64,000 nt of DNA. Source: a candidate division FCPU426 bacterium (lineage in GTDB: Bacteria; Oederibacteriota; Muellerivitia; Muellerivitales; Muellerivitaceae). The stretch covers positions 64,001 to 128,000 of the forward strand of contig CAVYSE010000009.1 in the NCBI GenBank assembly GCA_963771075.1, given 5' to 3'. This document shows positions 10,051-20,764 of the stretch, piece by piece. Below the pieces are notes generated by a model. The model was not told where the DNA came from. It saw nothing but the letters and a program-made list of their open reading frames with translations, and made no database searches. A program made the translations under genes and the position numbers. Within the stretch, counting starts at the first letter, position 1, and every line of letters starts with the position of its first letter.

Positions 10051-11166
10051 TTAAAACTTGTAGGACAAATCAGCCTCAGACACGGTCACGATGGCGCCAC
10101 CATTATTATTATTGGAACCGCCAACCACATTCTCGTTCCCATAAAATATTCCATTTCCGGGCTGAACATTAGCAATGGAATTTTCCAAAGAGGTCGGACT
10201 TACAACGACATCCAAGGTGAAATTCTGCCAGTTGATCGAAGCGCCCGTATTGAAATTAAACGCGGTAGTATTTAGCGCATTATAAAGCTGCTTGGAGATG
10301 CCGGTGCGAAGAGTCAACCAGTCGGCAACTTTGGATTCAACGTTGCCGGTCCAGGCTAGGATGTAGTTATCCGCCGAGCCCTCGGTACCGACATAATCAA
10401 TCATCAAGCCGGTGGAAACCAAACCCTTGCCATCGTTGACCTTGCGGTTTGCGGCCAAGCCAACCACAACGTTTGAATCGCTTTGATTCGCAATGAAGGC
10501 GGGGTTCGACAGCAGGGCTAAATCCGCGAACATGCGCAAGTCATTATTGGCATCCAGATCCTTCTGGGCCAAAGCGCCGGCCGAAATGACAGAAGGCGCG
10601 TTCGATGCGGACGTGCCACCTGCGTATGCGCTAGCCATTTCATATCCGAGGTGGAAATTGATCTGGCTGAACGTGTCGGCGGTTACTCCCATGCCTAATT
10701 TAATGGCAATATCTCGGCCATAGTTGTTCCCGCTATCTCCCGCGGCGACCAGGCCGTTATAACCAGTATCGGAATAATCCACACCCACACCCAACGTAAG
10801 ACCGCTGAAATTATTGGCCCACAGGAGGTTCATCCTGTTGTTAGGAGCAGTGGCGGGTGTCGTACCAAGCGGGTTTTGAGAAGCTTGCTCAACTCCCGTA
10901 TAGTTCGCGTAAATCCCCATGGCTCCGATGGCGTCATCCTTCATGATCAAGCCACCCCAAACCGTGCCACCGGCAGGAATCAACCCACGAATATTGATGA
11001 TATTGCTGTAATCGTAGGCCTTGTTGGGATACAAGAAAACGGAATCCAAATCCTCATTCACGAAGAGGTTTGAACCCATCCCATCCAACCTGGCGCTCGC
11101 GAAAACCTTCATGGAGGCCCCCATCGCCATAAGACCAACCAAAAGCATCAAAAGACTTTTCTTCAT
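10051..11166 (-). CDS. Putative major outer-membrane beta-barrel protein (porin-like)
   Basis: Signal peptide MKKSLLMLLVGLMAMGASMKVFA, Gly/Asn/Ala-rich amphipathic beta strands, C-terminal ...ADLSYKF (BAM-type terminal Phe). AAGGAG SD, own promoter and terminator. Confidence 0.75.
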   Translation of the reverse strand: MKKSLLMLLVGLMAMGASMKVFASARLDGMGSNLFVNEDLDSVFLYPNKAYDYSNIINIRGLIPAGGTVWGGLIMKDDAIGAMGIYANYTGVEQASQNPLGTTPATAPNNRMNLLWANNFSGLTLGVGVDYSDTGYNGLVAAGDSGNNYGRDIAIKLGMGVTADTFSQINFHLGYEMASAYAGGTSASNAPSVISAGALAQKDLDANNDLRMFADLALLSNPAFIANQSDSNVVVGLAANRKVNDGKGLVSTGLMIDYVGTEGSADNYILAWTGNVESKVADWLTLRTGISKQLYNALNTTAFNFNTGASINWQNFTLDVVVSPTSLENSIANVQPGNGIFYGNENVVGGSNNNNGGAIVTVSEADLSYKF

Positions 11167-11191
11167 TCTCTCTCTCCTTAAAGCGCAAAGT

Positions 11192-11308
11192 GTTAGGGTT
11201 ACACTCCTCAGGGACGAGTGTGCTTCCCTACCTAAACAGCCCCGAAGGGCTGTTACAGCCACGTTACAAAGTTAGGGTAACACTCCTCAGGGACGAGTGT
11301 GTTTCCCT
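11192..11308. repeat. Tandem 38-bp direct repeat (36/38 identical, period 79 bp) in the porin 5' leader
   Basis: GTTAGGGTTACACTCCTCAGGGACGAGTGTGCTTCCCT (11192-11229) versus GTTAGGGTAACACTCCTCAGGGACGAGTGTGTTTCCCT (11271-11308). Confidence 0.95.
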
Positions 11309-11502
11309 TCCTTGTAAGCCCCAACCGGGGCCCCTTCCGACTAAGCCTTGTAAAAGTTAGTAAATAACCTAAACAAGTCTTAATTTTTGAGGATGGTCCG
11401 GGTTTTAGACCCTTCCACCCAAATTACGGACCTCCTCAGGGAGAAGCCCGATTTCATTACAAAAAGGCATTGGCCAAACAAATGCCTTTAATAAACGAAA
11501 AA

Positions 11503-11531
11503 ACTATAAGTCTGTCCCATAGGCCTGTCAA
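11503..11531 (-). promoter_or_regulatory. Near-consensus sigma70 promoter of the porin gene (TSS about 11496)
   Basis: TTGACA-17 nt-TATAGT on the minus strand. Confidence 0.8.
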
Positions 11532-11642
11532 GGTTGAAAAGACCATGATTAGGGCAAAATCCACCCTATAAAGCATAAAAAGTTTACTTTCCAACTAAAT
11601 GTAGTGGTTTTTTTAACTCGAGCAGGCAAAAAGAAGCATTTT

Positions 11643-13493
<1,851 letters not shown>

Positions 13494-13564
13494 TGTTTTT
13501 GCCTTTTCCTAATTCGACTCGCTTTATCTTCCAGGCTGGCATGGTACCACGGGCTTTTGAGGCT

Positions 13565-14407
13565 TTACAACGAAGCTTCAGAATCCAAAGCCTTTGATAA
13601 TTCCATCAGTTTTTCAATGCCCAAAGTTTCACCCCTAATCTGCGGGTTCAAACCGGTCTTTTTCAAGGCGCTATCGATTTGGCTCGCATCCTTCCCCAAG
13701 CTTTTCAGGGAATTGGTGATGACCTTGCGGCGGGTTTGAAAGATTGCCCTCACCAAGTTGAAAAAGTCCCTTTCGAGCCCCTTTTCTAGTGGCAACTGGG
13801 GCTTCAATGAAAGTTCAACGAAGGTTGAATCCACTTTGGGACGGGGCTTAAAGCATTTAGCCGGCACTTCTACCACCCGCTTAACCACTGAGTAATATTG
13901 GGCGCAAATGGTCAAAGCCCCGTATTCCTTGGTTCCCGGTTCGGCTTCCAGCCGGTCCGCCACTTCTTTTTGGATCATTAGGTAGATTCGACGCACCAGA
14001 GGATGGTATTGGGTCAAGATTCGGGTCAAAAGGGAAGTCGTAATGTAATAGGGGATGTTGCCGGCTACCGTTAATTTTCCAGGTGGCGGCGGTGCCAGTG
14101 GGGCCAAGTCGATCTTTAAAATATCCCCCTTTACCAACTGAACCATGGGAGTGGCCCCATATTTTCTCTCAAGCATCGCAAAAAGCTTGTGGTCCACCTC
14201 TACCACAGTTAGAGGTCTTTCCTTCTTGATCAACCTCTCGGTCAGCGCCCCGTAACCTCCCCCTACCTCCAGGAGAATGTCACCGGGGGGACAAAGAATG
14301 GCCTTCTCGATCTCATCGAGAATTCGGTTGTCAGTCAGAAAGTTCTGCCCCGCGGACTTACGGGGTCTGTAGGAATATTCCTCAAATAGCGTCTTGATGG
14401 AGGTCAT
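13565..14407 (-). CDS. rsmA: 16S rRNA (adenine-N6,N6)-dimethyltransferase
   Basis: GQNFL, LEVGGGYGALT, GNIPYYIT and FKPRPKVDS motifs. Follows pdxA. Confidence 0.96.
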   Translation of the reverse strand: MTSIKTLFEEYSYRPRKSAGQNFLTDNRILDEIEKAILCPPGDILLEVGGGYGALTERLIKKERPLTVVEVDHKLFAMLERKYGATPMVQLVKGDILKIDLAPLAPPPPGKLTVAGNIPYYITTSLLTRILTQYHPLVRRIYLMIQKEVADRLEAEPGTKEYGALTICAQYYSVVKRVVEVPAKCFKPRPKVDSTFVELSLKPQLPLEKGLERDFFNLVRAIFQTRRKVITNSLKSLGKDASQIDSALKKTGLNPQIRGETLGIEKLMELSKALDSEASL

Positions 14408-15408
14408 TGGGCCTTTTCGCTTAGCTCTCCGGCCAGGCGAATAGCCGCAACCATGCTGGAAGGGTCGGCTTTCCCCTTTCCGGCGATGTCAAATGCCGTT
14501 CCGTGGTCAGGGGAGGTGCGGATGAAAGGTAACCCTAGGGTCATGTTGACCCCCTGGTCGAAGACCGCCAGCTTGAAAGGAATCAATCCCTGGTCATGGT
14601 ACATGCATAAAACCGCGTCGTAGTGGCCCTTTGAAACCCAATAGAAAAGGGTATCGGGTGGGTGGGGACCGGAAACATCCCACCCCTGCCTTCGGGCCTT
14701 GGCGATGACGGGGGCTAAAACTGTTTTTTCCTCCTTGCCAAACGCCCCATTTTCACCCGCGTGGGGGTTCAAAGCCGCCACCGCAATTCTTGGGTTTTTA
14801 ATCTTGAACATTTTCTGAAGACTTTGGTGAGTCAAGGCCAACTTTTCCCAAACTTTGTGCCGGTTGATGCCTTTAACCGCGTCCCAAAGGGACAAATGAA
14901 TGGACTGAAGGGTAATCCGGAAGGGGCCTCCCACCATCATCATGGCGAAATCCTTTCGGTCCGACAGGTGAGCCAAAAGTTCGGTATGGCCTGGAAACAC
15001 ACACCCCGCCTTGTGGATGGCTTCTTTGCTGATAGGAGCCGTAACCAAAGCGGCGGCCTTGCCTTCCAAGGCCAATTGGGCACCTTTGATGATGTAATGC
15101 ACCGCGGCGGTACCGGAAGCGGCGGAAACTTTGCCCCAAGCCGATTTGTCCGCCCCACCCAGGTCCAGGACCCCCACCCTCCCCTTACAAATAAGGGTCG
15201 GACCCTCGTTTTCGATTTTTTCCAGCGGAAGATTCACCCTGAAACGCTTGGCGCAGGCCTTGAGGTAGGCGTAATCCCCGACGATGCAATAGAAATTCTT
15301 TGATGTGGGCGGAAGTTTGGCGAGAGCCTTTAAAGTGACTTCCGATCCAATCCCCGATGGGTCGCCCATGGAAAGGGCTATGACCGGCTTCGCGTCAAAA
15401 GATTTCAT
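14404..15408 (-). CDS. pdxA: 4-hydroxythreonine-4-phosphate dehydrogenase
   Basis: MGDPSGIGSEV, PGHTE, LNPHAGE, MYHDQGL and RTSPDHGTAFDIAG motifs. Confidence 0.97.
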   Translation of the reverse strand: MKSFDAKPVIALSMGDPSGIGSEVTLKALAKLPPTSKNFYCIVGDYAYLKACAKRFRVNLPLEKIENEGPTLICKGRVGVLDLGGADKSAWGKVSAASGTAAVHYIIKGAQLALEGKAAALVTAPISKEAIHKAGCVFPGHTELLAHLSDRKDFAMMMVGGPFRITLQSIHLSLWDAVKGINRHKVWEKLALTHQSLQKMFKIKNPRIAVAALNPHAGENGAFGKEEKTVLAPVIAKARRQGWDVSGPHPPDTLFYWVSKGHYDAVLCMYHDQGLIPFKLAVFDQGVNMTLGLPFIRTSPDHGTAFDIAGKGKADPSSMVAAIRLAGELSEKAQ

Positions 15409-15444
15409 GCCCCCCCCGGGGTTTATTAAAAGCACGCCTTCAAT

Positions 15445-15599
15445 TTCACCACAGCGGCACGGAGACACAGAGAAAATTGAATTTTTTTACTTTTCTCCCT
15501 GATTAGTTGTGAGATTTGATTTTCCCTTCAGCCTTTTCTTTTTATTTGATAAATATCTTTGATTAGTTGTTCTCTGAGTGCCTGTGACTCTGAGCTGGA
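15445..15599. repeat. Degenerate 9-mer-periodic inverted-repeat element
   Basis: TTCACCACAGCGGCACGGAGACACAGAGAAAA ... TTCTCTGAGTGCCTGTGACTCTGAGCTGGA flanking an AT-rich spacer. Confidence 0.7.
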
Positions 15600-15609
15600 T
15601 TAGTCTTTC

Positions 15610-16938
15610 TTACAACACCTTCGCGGCCAGCGCAGCCAGTTGGGAACGTTCGCTCTTGGACAGAGTGATATGCCCGAACATCTCATTACCCTTGAACCTT
15701 TCGGCCAGGTACACAATCCCATTGGAGGAGGCATCTAGGTAGGGATTGTCGATCTGGTATGGATCCCCGGTCATGACGACTTTCGTACCCACCCCTGCCC
15801 GGGAAACAATGGTTTTGATCTCGTGGGGGGTGAGGTTCTGGGCCTCATCCACGATCAAGAACTGCTTCGGGATCGAACGCCCACGGATATAGGTAAGAGC
15901 TTCAAGTTCTAGCTTGTGGGAGTCCAATAGATATTGGACCTTGTCATCCACTTCCTCGGCGTCGTTCTGCAAATGGCCTTTATCCAATATAAATTCCAGG
16001 TTGTCGAAAATCGGCTGCATCCAATTCATCAGTTTCTCGTCTTTGCTTCCAGGCAGGTATCCGATGTCCTTTCCGAGGGGAACAATAGGGCGAGAAACCA
16101 GAACCCTGCGGTACTTTTTTTCATCCAGACTCTTCAATAGGCCGGCGGCCAGGGCCAAAAGGGTCTTTCCCGTTCCCGCCGAACCCACCAAGGTTACCAT
16201 GCTGATGCGGTCGTTCAATAGCAGGTTCAGGGCGAAATATTGCTCCAAGTTCAAAGCCTTGATGCCCCAGGCCTCCGGGTCCTTGAACCAGAGGGACTGG
16301 GCTTCCTTCAGTCCGTCCCGGTAAATGCCCCGGGCGGTTTTGGACTCATGGATGTCGCTCTTTAAAAGCAAAAACTCGTTCTCGTAAAACTTGCTCTGTT
16401 CCATATAGGGAACCAAGGAGAGTTTCCCCGACTTATAAAACTCATCGACCTCCGAGTCCTTGACGGTTACGGTGGTCCAGCCCGCGTACAATTCGTCGAT
16501 GTTGACCTTGTTCGTCTCGTAATCTTCCGACTCCACGCCCAGGGCATCGGCCTTGACGCGCACGTTGATGTCCTTGGTGACGAAACGCACATTCTCGCCC
16601 TTTTCCTTCAGCGCCAGGGCAATGCCAATGATATTGTTGTCGATTTTCATGTGTGAAAGGGAAGCTGGCAGGTGATTGGCGGGGGTCGAGATGTCCACCC
16701 GCAAAAGGCCACCATTCTCCAAGGGTACTCCCGCCGGAAGGTTTCCCTTTTTGCGCAGGTCGTCCAGTTTACGGGCCACTTCCCGGGCGTTTCGGCCCCG
16801 CTCATCCTGGTATTTCTTGAAGGTATCCAGTTCCTCGATAACCCCCAGGGGGATCACCACAATGTTGTCCTCGAAAGACTCAATGGCGTGAGGGTTGTGG
16901 ATAAGAACGTTGGTGTCGAGTACGAAGGTTTTTTTCAT
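15610..16938 (-). CDS. PIN-PhoH (PhoH2/YlaK-like) RNase-ATPase
   Basis: N-terminal PIN domain FVLDTNVL...VIEELD...TKD. PhoH domain GSAGTGKT, IGYLPG, YIRGRS, DEAQN and GDPYQID. Confidence 0.93.
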   Translation of the reverse strand: MKKTFVLDTNVLIHNPHAIESFEDNIVVIPLGVIEELDTFKKYQDERGRNAREVARKLDDLRKKGNLPAGVPLENGGLLRVDISTPANHLPASLSHMKIDNNIIGIALALKEKGENVRFVTKDINVRVKADALGVESEDYETNKVNIDELYAGWTTVTVKDSEVDEFYKSGKLSLVPYMEQSKFYENEFLLLKSDIHESKTARGIYRDGLKEAQSLWFKDPEAWGIKALNLEQYFALNLLLNDRISMVTLVGSAGTGKTLLALAAGLLKSLDEKKYRRVLVSRPIVPLGKDIGYLPGSKDEKLMNWMQPIFDNLEFILDKGHLQNDAEEVDDKVQYLLDSHKLELEALTYIRGRSIPKQFLIVDEAQNLTPHEIKTIVSRAGVGTKVVMTGDPYQIDNPYLDASSNGIVYLAERFKGNEMFGHITLSKSERSQLAALAAKVL

Positions 16939-17107
16939 GCCACCCTCACATGATTTAAGAATTGATAAAGGAGTTGGCATAGGGCCGATCTCCTTGAAAC
17001 CATTTTAAACGGTGAATCTGCCCATACCGACCTTCCAATCTGAAAAAATGATACTGAGTTCGGCATTGAGCCGATTTCATTTGATTTCATTAATAACATG
17101 AATCGGT

Positions 17108-17806
17108 TCATGGTTTGGGGGCCTCCCGATGTAATAGATGGGGCTTCACCAGAATGAAACAGGTCCGGGCCAGATCAATAGCCCGGTGATAGGTCTCAGA
17201 AAATACGACGGACAAAGGCAGGACTTGCGGCCAAACAAAGGAGGTAAGGAACATTAAGCCAATCATATTTCCCGCGAAAATGAAAATCAAGGAAAAGGCC
17301 ACACCGCTTTCTTTCAAGTCCGATTGGGGATGGGAAAGGGAATAAACGGTTAGGGCGATGTGAAAGGCGTAGGTAAACCCGATCATTCCCACGAGATAAA
17401 TCTTAAAGGGTTCGGCCGCGATCAGGTAGAGCCCAACCGTAACAGCCGTGTAAAAAGGGAAGACATAGGGGGCCAAGCTGATCAACACGCTCGATTTGTT
17501 GACCATTGTGGAACCGCCTGTCGTGGTGGCGTGTACCGCCGTCACCTTGCCCCCCATAAGGAGCGCGGCCAGGGCATGGGTGAGTTCGTGGGCCAAAACG
17601 TGGGTTAGGATGGGCTTGTAAAAAGCGAAATGGATAATCAGGTAGAGGACAAACCCTGACAAGAAGACAATCGTATATTTATTGCCCCACGGAATACCCG
17701 CCCAGGCGTGGACCAAAACCCAACCGATCGATATCGACAGCCAAATCAAAAGAATGGCGAAGAACCATTTCACTAAAAATAAACCAATGGATTTATGCAG
17801 GGCCAA
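17108..17806 (-). CDS. Membrane protein with HExxH motif, M50B-like metallopeptidase
   Basis: Multiple TM segments, LAHELTHALA, ISLAPY..P and downstream QSD. Confidence 0.7.
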   Translation of the reverse strand: MALHKSIGLFLVKWFFAILLIWLSISIGWVLVHAWAGIPWGNKYTIVFLSGFVLYLIIHFAFYKPILTHVLAHELTHALAALLMGGKVTAVHATTTGGSTMVNKSSVLISLAPYVFPFYTAVTVGLYLIAAEPFKIYLVGMIGFTYAFHIALTVYSLSHPQSDLKESGVAFSLIFIFAGNMIGLMFLTSFVWPQVLPLSVVFSETYHRAIDLARTCFILVKPHLLHREAPKP

Positions 17807-17833
17807 GAATCACCTTTTAATTCAATTGGAAGT

Positions 17834-18757
17834 TTATCCCTCTATCGATTCTTCTTCGGATTCAAGTGTGAATTCATTGATGGGAATTTCCGTCGCAATC
17901 TTATAGACCACTTCCCGGGGCAAGCCCCGCATTCGAGAGACCGCCTTGACCGCCTCGGTCTTGGAAAGCCCCTGTACTTTTATGAATTCCAATAATTGGT
18001 CTGCGATGGAAACCCCTACCCATTTTTCCTGGTCCGTGTGGTCAACCCTCTCGCCGCCTTCGATGACAATCACGAATTCACCCATGGGTTCATGGGTTTT
18101 GAAATGCTTCCACAATTCCTGGAGTGTGCCCCTCACGAATTCCTCATGTAGCTTCGTCAATTCCCTTCCCACGCAAGCTTGCCGGTTGCCGAACACATTC
18201 ATCATGTCCTTGAGGCTGTTGCGAAGCCGATGGGGCGACTCAAAGAAGACCAGGGTCCGTTCCTCGGACCGGAGCCCCAGCAGAGCGCTCCGACGGTCGG
18301 CGGGTTTGGAAGGCAGGAACCCTAAAAAGGTAAAGGGAGTCGTGGGAAAACCCGATACCGGCAGTGAAGCTAAAAGTGAAGAAGCTCCGGGCACAGGTAC
18401 CACTCGGAAGCCCTTTTGAATAGTCTCACGAACCACCTTGTCCCCAGGGTCCGAAATGCCAGGCATGCCCGCATCCGTCACTAACGCGACCGCCTGTCCC
18501 TTTTCCAGGGCCATGAGAATTTCCTCCACTCGTTTAGTCTCGTTATGCTCAAAACAAGAAATGAGCTTGGGCGGGGTAATCGCAAAATGGTTGAGCAGTT
18601 TCAGGGTATTTCGGGTGTCCTCGGCAGCGATCAACTGAACCTGTCCCAAGACTTTCAAAGCCCGAAAGGTCATGTCCTCAAGATTGCCGATGGGAGTGGC
18701 GACCAAGTAAAGGGTGGAAGGAAGAACCGCGTTTTTTTCAGCGTTTTTTTCTGACAC
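17834..18757 (-). CDS. rsmI: 16S rRNA (cytidine-1402-2'-O)-methyltransferase
   Basis: LYLVATPIGNLEDMT, AAEDTR, DAGMPGISDPG, FESPHR and RELTKLHEE motifs. Confidence 0.97.
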   Translation of the reverse strand: MSEKNAEKNAVLPSTLYLVATPIGNLEDMTFRALKVLGQVQLIAAEDTRNTLKLLNHFAITPPKLISCFEHNETKRVEEILMALEKGQAVALVTDAGMPGISDPGDKVVRETIQKGFRVVPVPGASSLLASLPVSGFPTTPFTFLGFLPSKPADRRSALLGLRSEERTLVFFESPHRLRNSLKDMMNVFGNRQACVGRELTKLHEEFVRGTLQELWKHFKTHEPMGEFVIVIEGGERVDHTDQEKWVGVSIADQLLEFIKVQGLSKTEAVKAVSRMRGLPREVVYKIATEIPINEFTLESEEESIEG

Positions 18758-19487
18758 GGGAAGCCTTCCTGCGTGGGAGTTTTTTGGATTGACGCCGGGA
18801 TGTCGTGGTATTTATCGAAACACTCTCAGGCTTAGATTGAATATAGGCCTTCTGGGAACTTATGAAATTTGGTTTTTCGGCTTTGCTGACATCAGAAAAT
18901 AAATTTTTCTCTGTGTCTTTGTGTCTCTGGGGTGAATATTTAAATATCACTTTAACCTTTTCCAGCCCTTCCCAAACGGCCCAACCGATCCCGATTCCAA
19001 AAAGATACCCTCCCAAAACATCGGATGGGTAATGCAGGCCCAAGTAGATTCGGGACAGCCCGACCGCCAGGGCGATCAAAACGAAAAGCCCTTGATAGAG
19101 GGGAAAGGCCCTGGCCAGGAGATACATGGAAGAACCCATATTGGCCGCGTGGCTGGAGGGGAAGGAAAAGGCGGCGCTTCCACCCACTGGGGTCAGTACA
19201 CCCGGCAGGGCGTTGCAAGGCCGGACCCGCTGAACCCAATATTTCAAAAGATGGCTGGAACCCTGGTCCGAAAGAGTCACGGCCACCAAAAGGCTCAAAA
19301 ACAGCCAACGCCCCCTGGCCCCGCCCCAGATCAACTGATAAAGAAGAAAAATTGCAATGGTTAAAAGAATTCCTAAATGCCGAAAATCGGTAACGTATGC
19401 AAAAAAAGAATCCATGATGGGACAGGAACAGGTCTCATTCACAAACCGGAAAAGGCCTACATCAAGTGGGTAGAGTAACTGTCCCAA
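18738..19487 (-). CDS. PAP2-family phosphatase (undecaprenyl-PP phosphatase-like); C-terminal tail reads through a repeat element
   Basis: K...RVRP, SFPSSHA and SRIYLGLHYPSDV motifs. Confidence 0.9.
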   Translation of the reverse strand: MGQLLYPLDVGLFRFVNETCSCPIMDSFFAYVTDFRHLGILLTIAIFLLYQLIWGGARGRWLFLSLLVAVTLSDQGSSHLLKYWVQRVRPCNALPGVLTPVGGSAAFSFPSSHAANMGSSMYLLARAFPLYQGLFVLIALAVGLSRIYLGLHYPSDVLGGYLFGIGIGWAVWEGLEKVKVIFKYSPQRHKDTEKNLFSDVSKAEKPNFISSQKAYIQSKPESVSINTTTSRRQSKKLPRRKASRVRKKR

Positions 19488-19490
19488 AGC

Positions 19491-20600
19491 CTATACCGCC
19501 ACCGGCACTGGATCCTGGTCGGTCATGGCTCGTTGAATCTCCTCAAGGGTTTTCAAAACCCAATCCGCGTCATCAGAGGTCAAAAGTTTCTGCCTCATTT
19601 CCCTCGCGCCCTCGAACCCCTTGATGTAATGGGAAAGGTGTTTGCGCATTTCCATCAACCCCATCCGTTCGCCCTTGACCTCGATGGAACAACGCAATTG
19701 TTCCGCCGCCACCCCCAGCTTGAATTTAAGGGATGGTTTACGGCCGGGCTTCCCGGTCTCGAGAAAGTGGTTGATCTCCTCGAAGATCCAAGGAGCGCCC
19801 ATACTGCCCCGACCGATCATGATGCCGTCACACCCTGTTTCCAGGAAGAGTTTGTAAGCGTCCAGCGCATTCCGCACGTCGCCGTTGCCGATGATGGGTA
19901 TCTTCGCTTTTTCCTTAAGCCGTTTGATGATTTCCCAATTGGCCTTGCCTTCAAACATCTGGTTGCGGGTGCGGGCATGGACCGCCAGAGCCGAAGCTCC
20001 CGCGGACGTGACCGCGTCCAAAAGATCAAAAACAGAGTTATCCATCGCGTCGTAACCGGCCCGGGTCTTGACCGTAATGGGCACCTTGCCCCCCGTGGCC
20101 TTGACCATGGCTTCCACGATCCAACCCGCCCTTTGGGGTTCTTTCAATACCGCAGCGCCGGAGTCGCATTTCAGGATCTTGCCCACAGGGCACCCGAAAT
20201 TGATGTCGATAAGGTCCGGTTTGATTTCCTCGGCCACCTTGGCAGCAGCTTCCCCCATGATGCCGGGGTCCCCCCCGAAAAGTTGCACCCCCACGGGTCT
20301 CTCCGGTTCCGTGAATTCCATCAACTCATGGGTCTTGTCGCTTCCATGCATCAAGGCCCGGGAGCTGACCATTTCGGTTACCACCATGGCGGCCCCGTGC
20401 CGCCGGGCCAGGCGGCGGAAGGCGGTATCGGTGTAACCCGCCATAGGCGCCAGGAAGACCCGTCCATTCAGCGTGAGGGAACCCATCTTGAACTCATGGG
20501 GGTTCTTGCCCAGCTCTTCAAGGGATGGGCCATTCATTTCGGCCTCAGGAAGTGAAGGTTCCGCTTTATCGGGATCAGGATTTCGGGGCAGTACGCTCAT
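19491..20600 (-). CDS. dusB: tRNA-dihydrouridine synthase
   Basis: LAPMAGYTD, QLFG, DINFGCP, VHART, GNGDV and GIMIGRG motifs. GAGGA SD before ATG 20600. Confidence 0.94.
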   Translation of the reverse strand: MSVLPRNPDPDKAEPSLPEAEMNGPSLEELGKNPHEFKMGSLTLNGRVFLAPMAGYTDTAFRRLARRHGAAMVVTEMVSSRALMHGSDKTHELMEFTEPERPVGVQLFGGDPGIMGEAAAKVAEEIKPDLIDINFGCPVGKILKCDSGAAVLKEPQRAGWIVEAMVKATGGKVPITVKTRAGYDAMDNSVFDLLDAVTSAGASALAVHARTRNQMFEGKANWEIIKRLKEKAKIPIIGNGDVRNALDAYKLFLETGCDGIMIGRGSMGAPWIFEEINHFLETGKPGRKPSLKFKLGVAAEQLRCSIEVKGERMGLMEMRKHLSHYIKGFEGAREMRQKLLTSDDADWVLKTLEEIQRAMTDQDPVPVAV

Positions 20601-20633
20601 GTAATTCCTCAAAGGATTTAAAAAACCAAAATC

Positions 20634-20742
20634 AAACGCAAAGCCGCAAAAACGCCAAGAAAAACCACCTGCAAAGGGTTAAGGCAAATTTTCGGAGAAT
20701 ATCGTAATTTAGAAGGTCTATGCGTCTTAAAGTCTTTGCGTT
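20634..20742. repeat. Degenerate 9-mer-periodic inverted-repeat element
   Basis: AAACGCAAAGCCGCAAAAACGCCAAG ... CTATGCGTCTTAAAGTCTTTGCGTT. Confidence 0.65.
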
Positions 20743-20764
20743 GGACGTCGGTTTGTTGTTATTT

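Noticed and set aside
11167..11262. N-terminal extension of the porin ORF from the GTG at 11262
   Set aside because: ATG 11166 has an AAGGAG SD and starts a clean signal peptide; the extension merely translates the leader repeat.
11192..11308. Mini CRISPR array (38-bp palindromic repeat, 41-bp spacer)
   Set aside because: Only two copies, the spacer is itself a UUCG hairpin paralleled in the next unit, there are no cas genes, and it lies inside a predicted 5' UTR.
13494..13564. glmS ribozyme
   Set aside because: The intergenic gap is only about 70 nt and lacks the ribozyme core.
15610..16938. PIN-PhoH as a toxin-antitoxin or defence system
   Set aside because: Widespread PhoH2/YlaK architecture in a housekeeping context with no antitoxin ORF adjacent.
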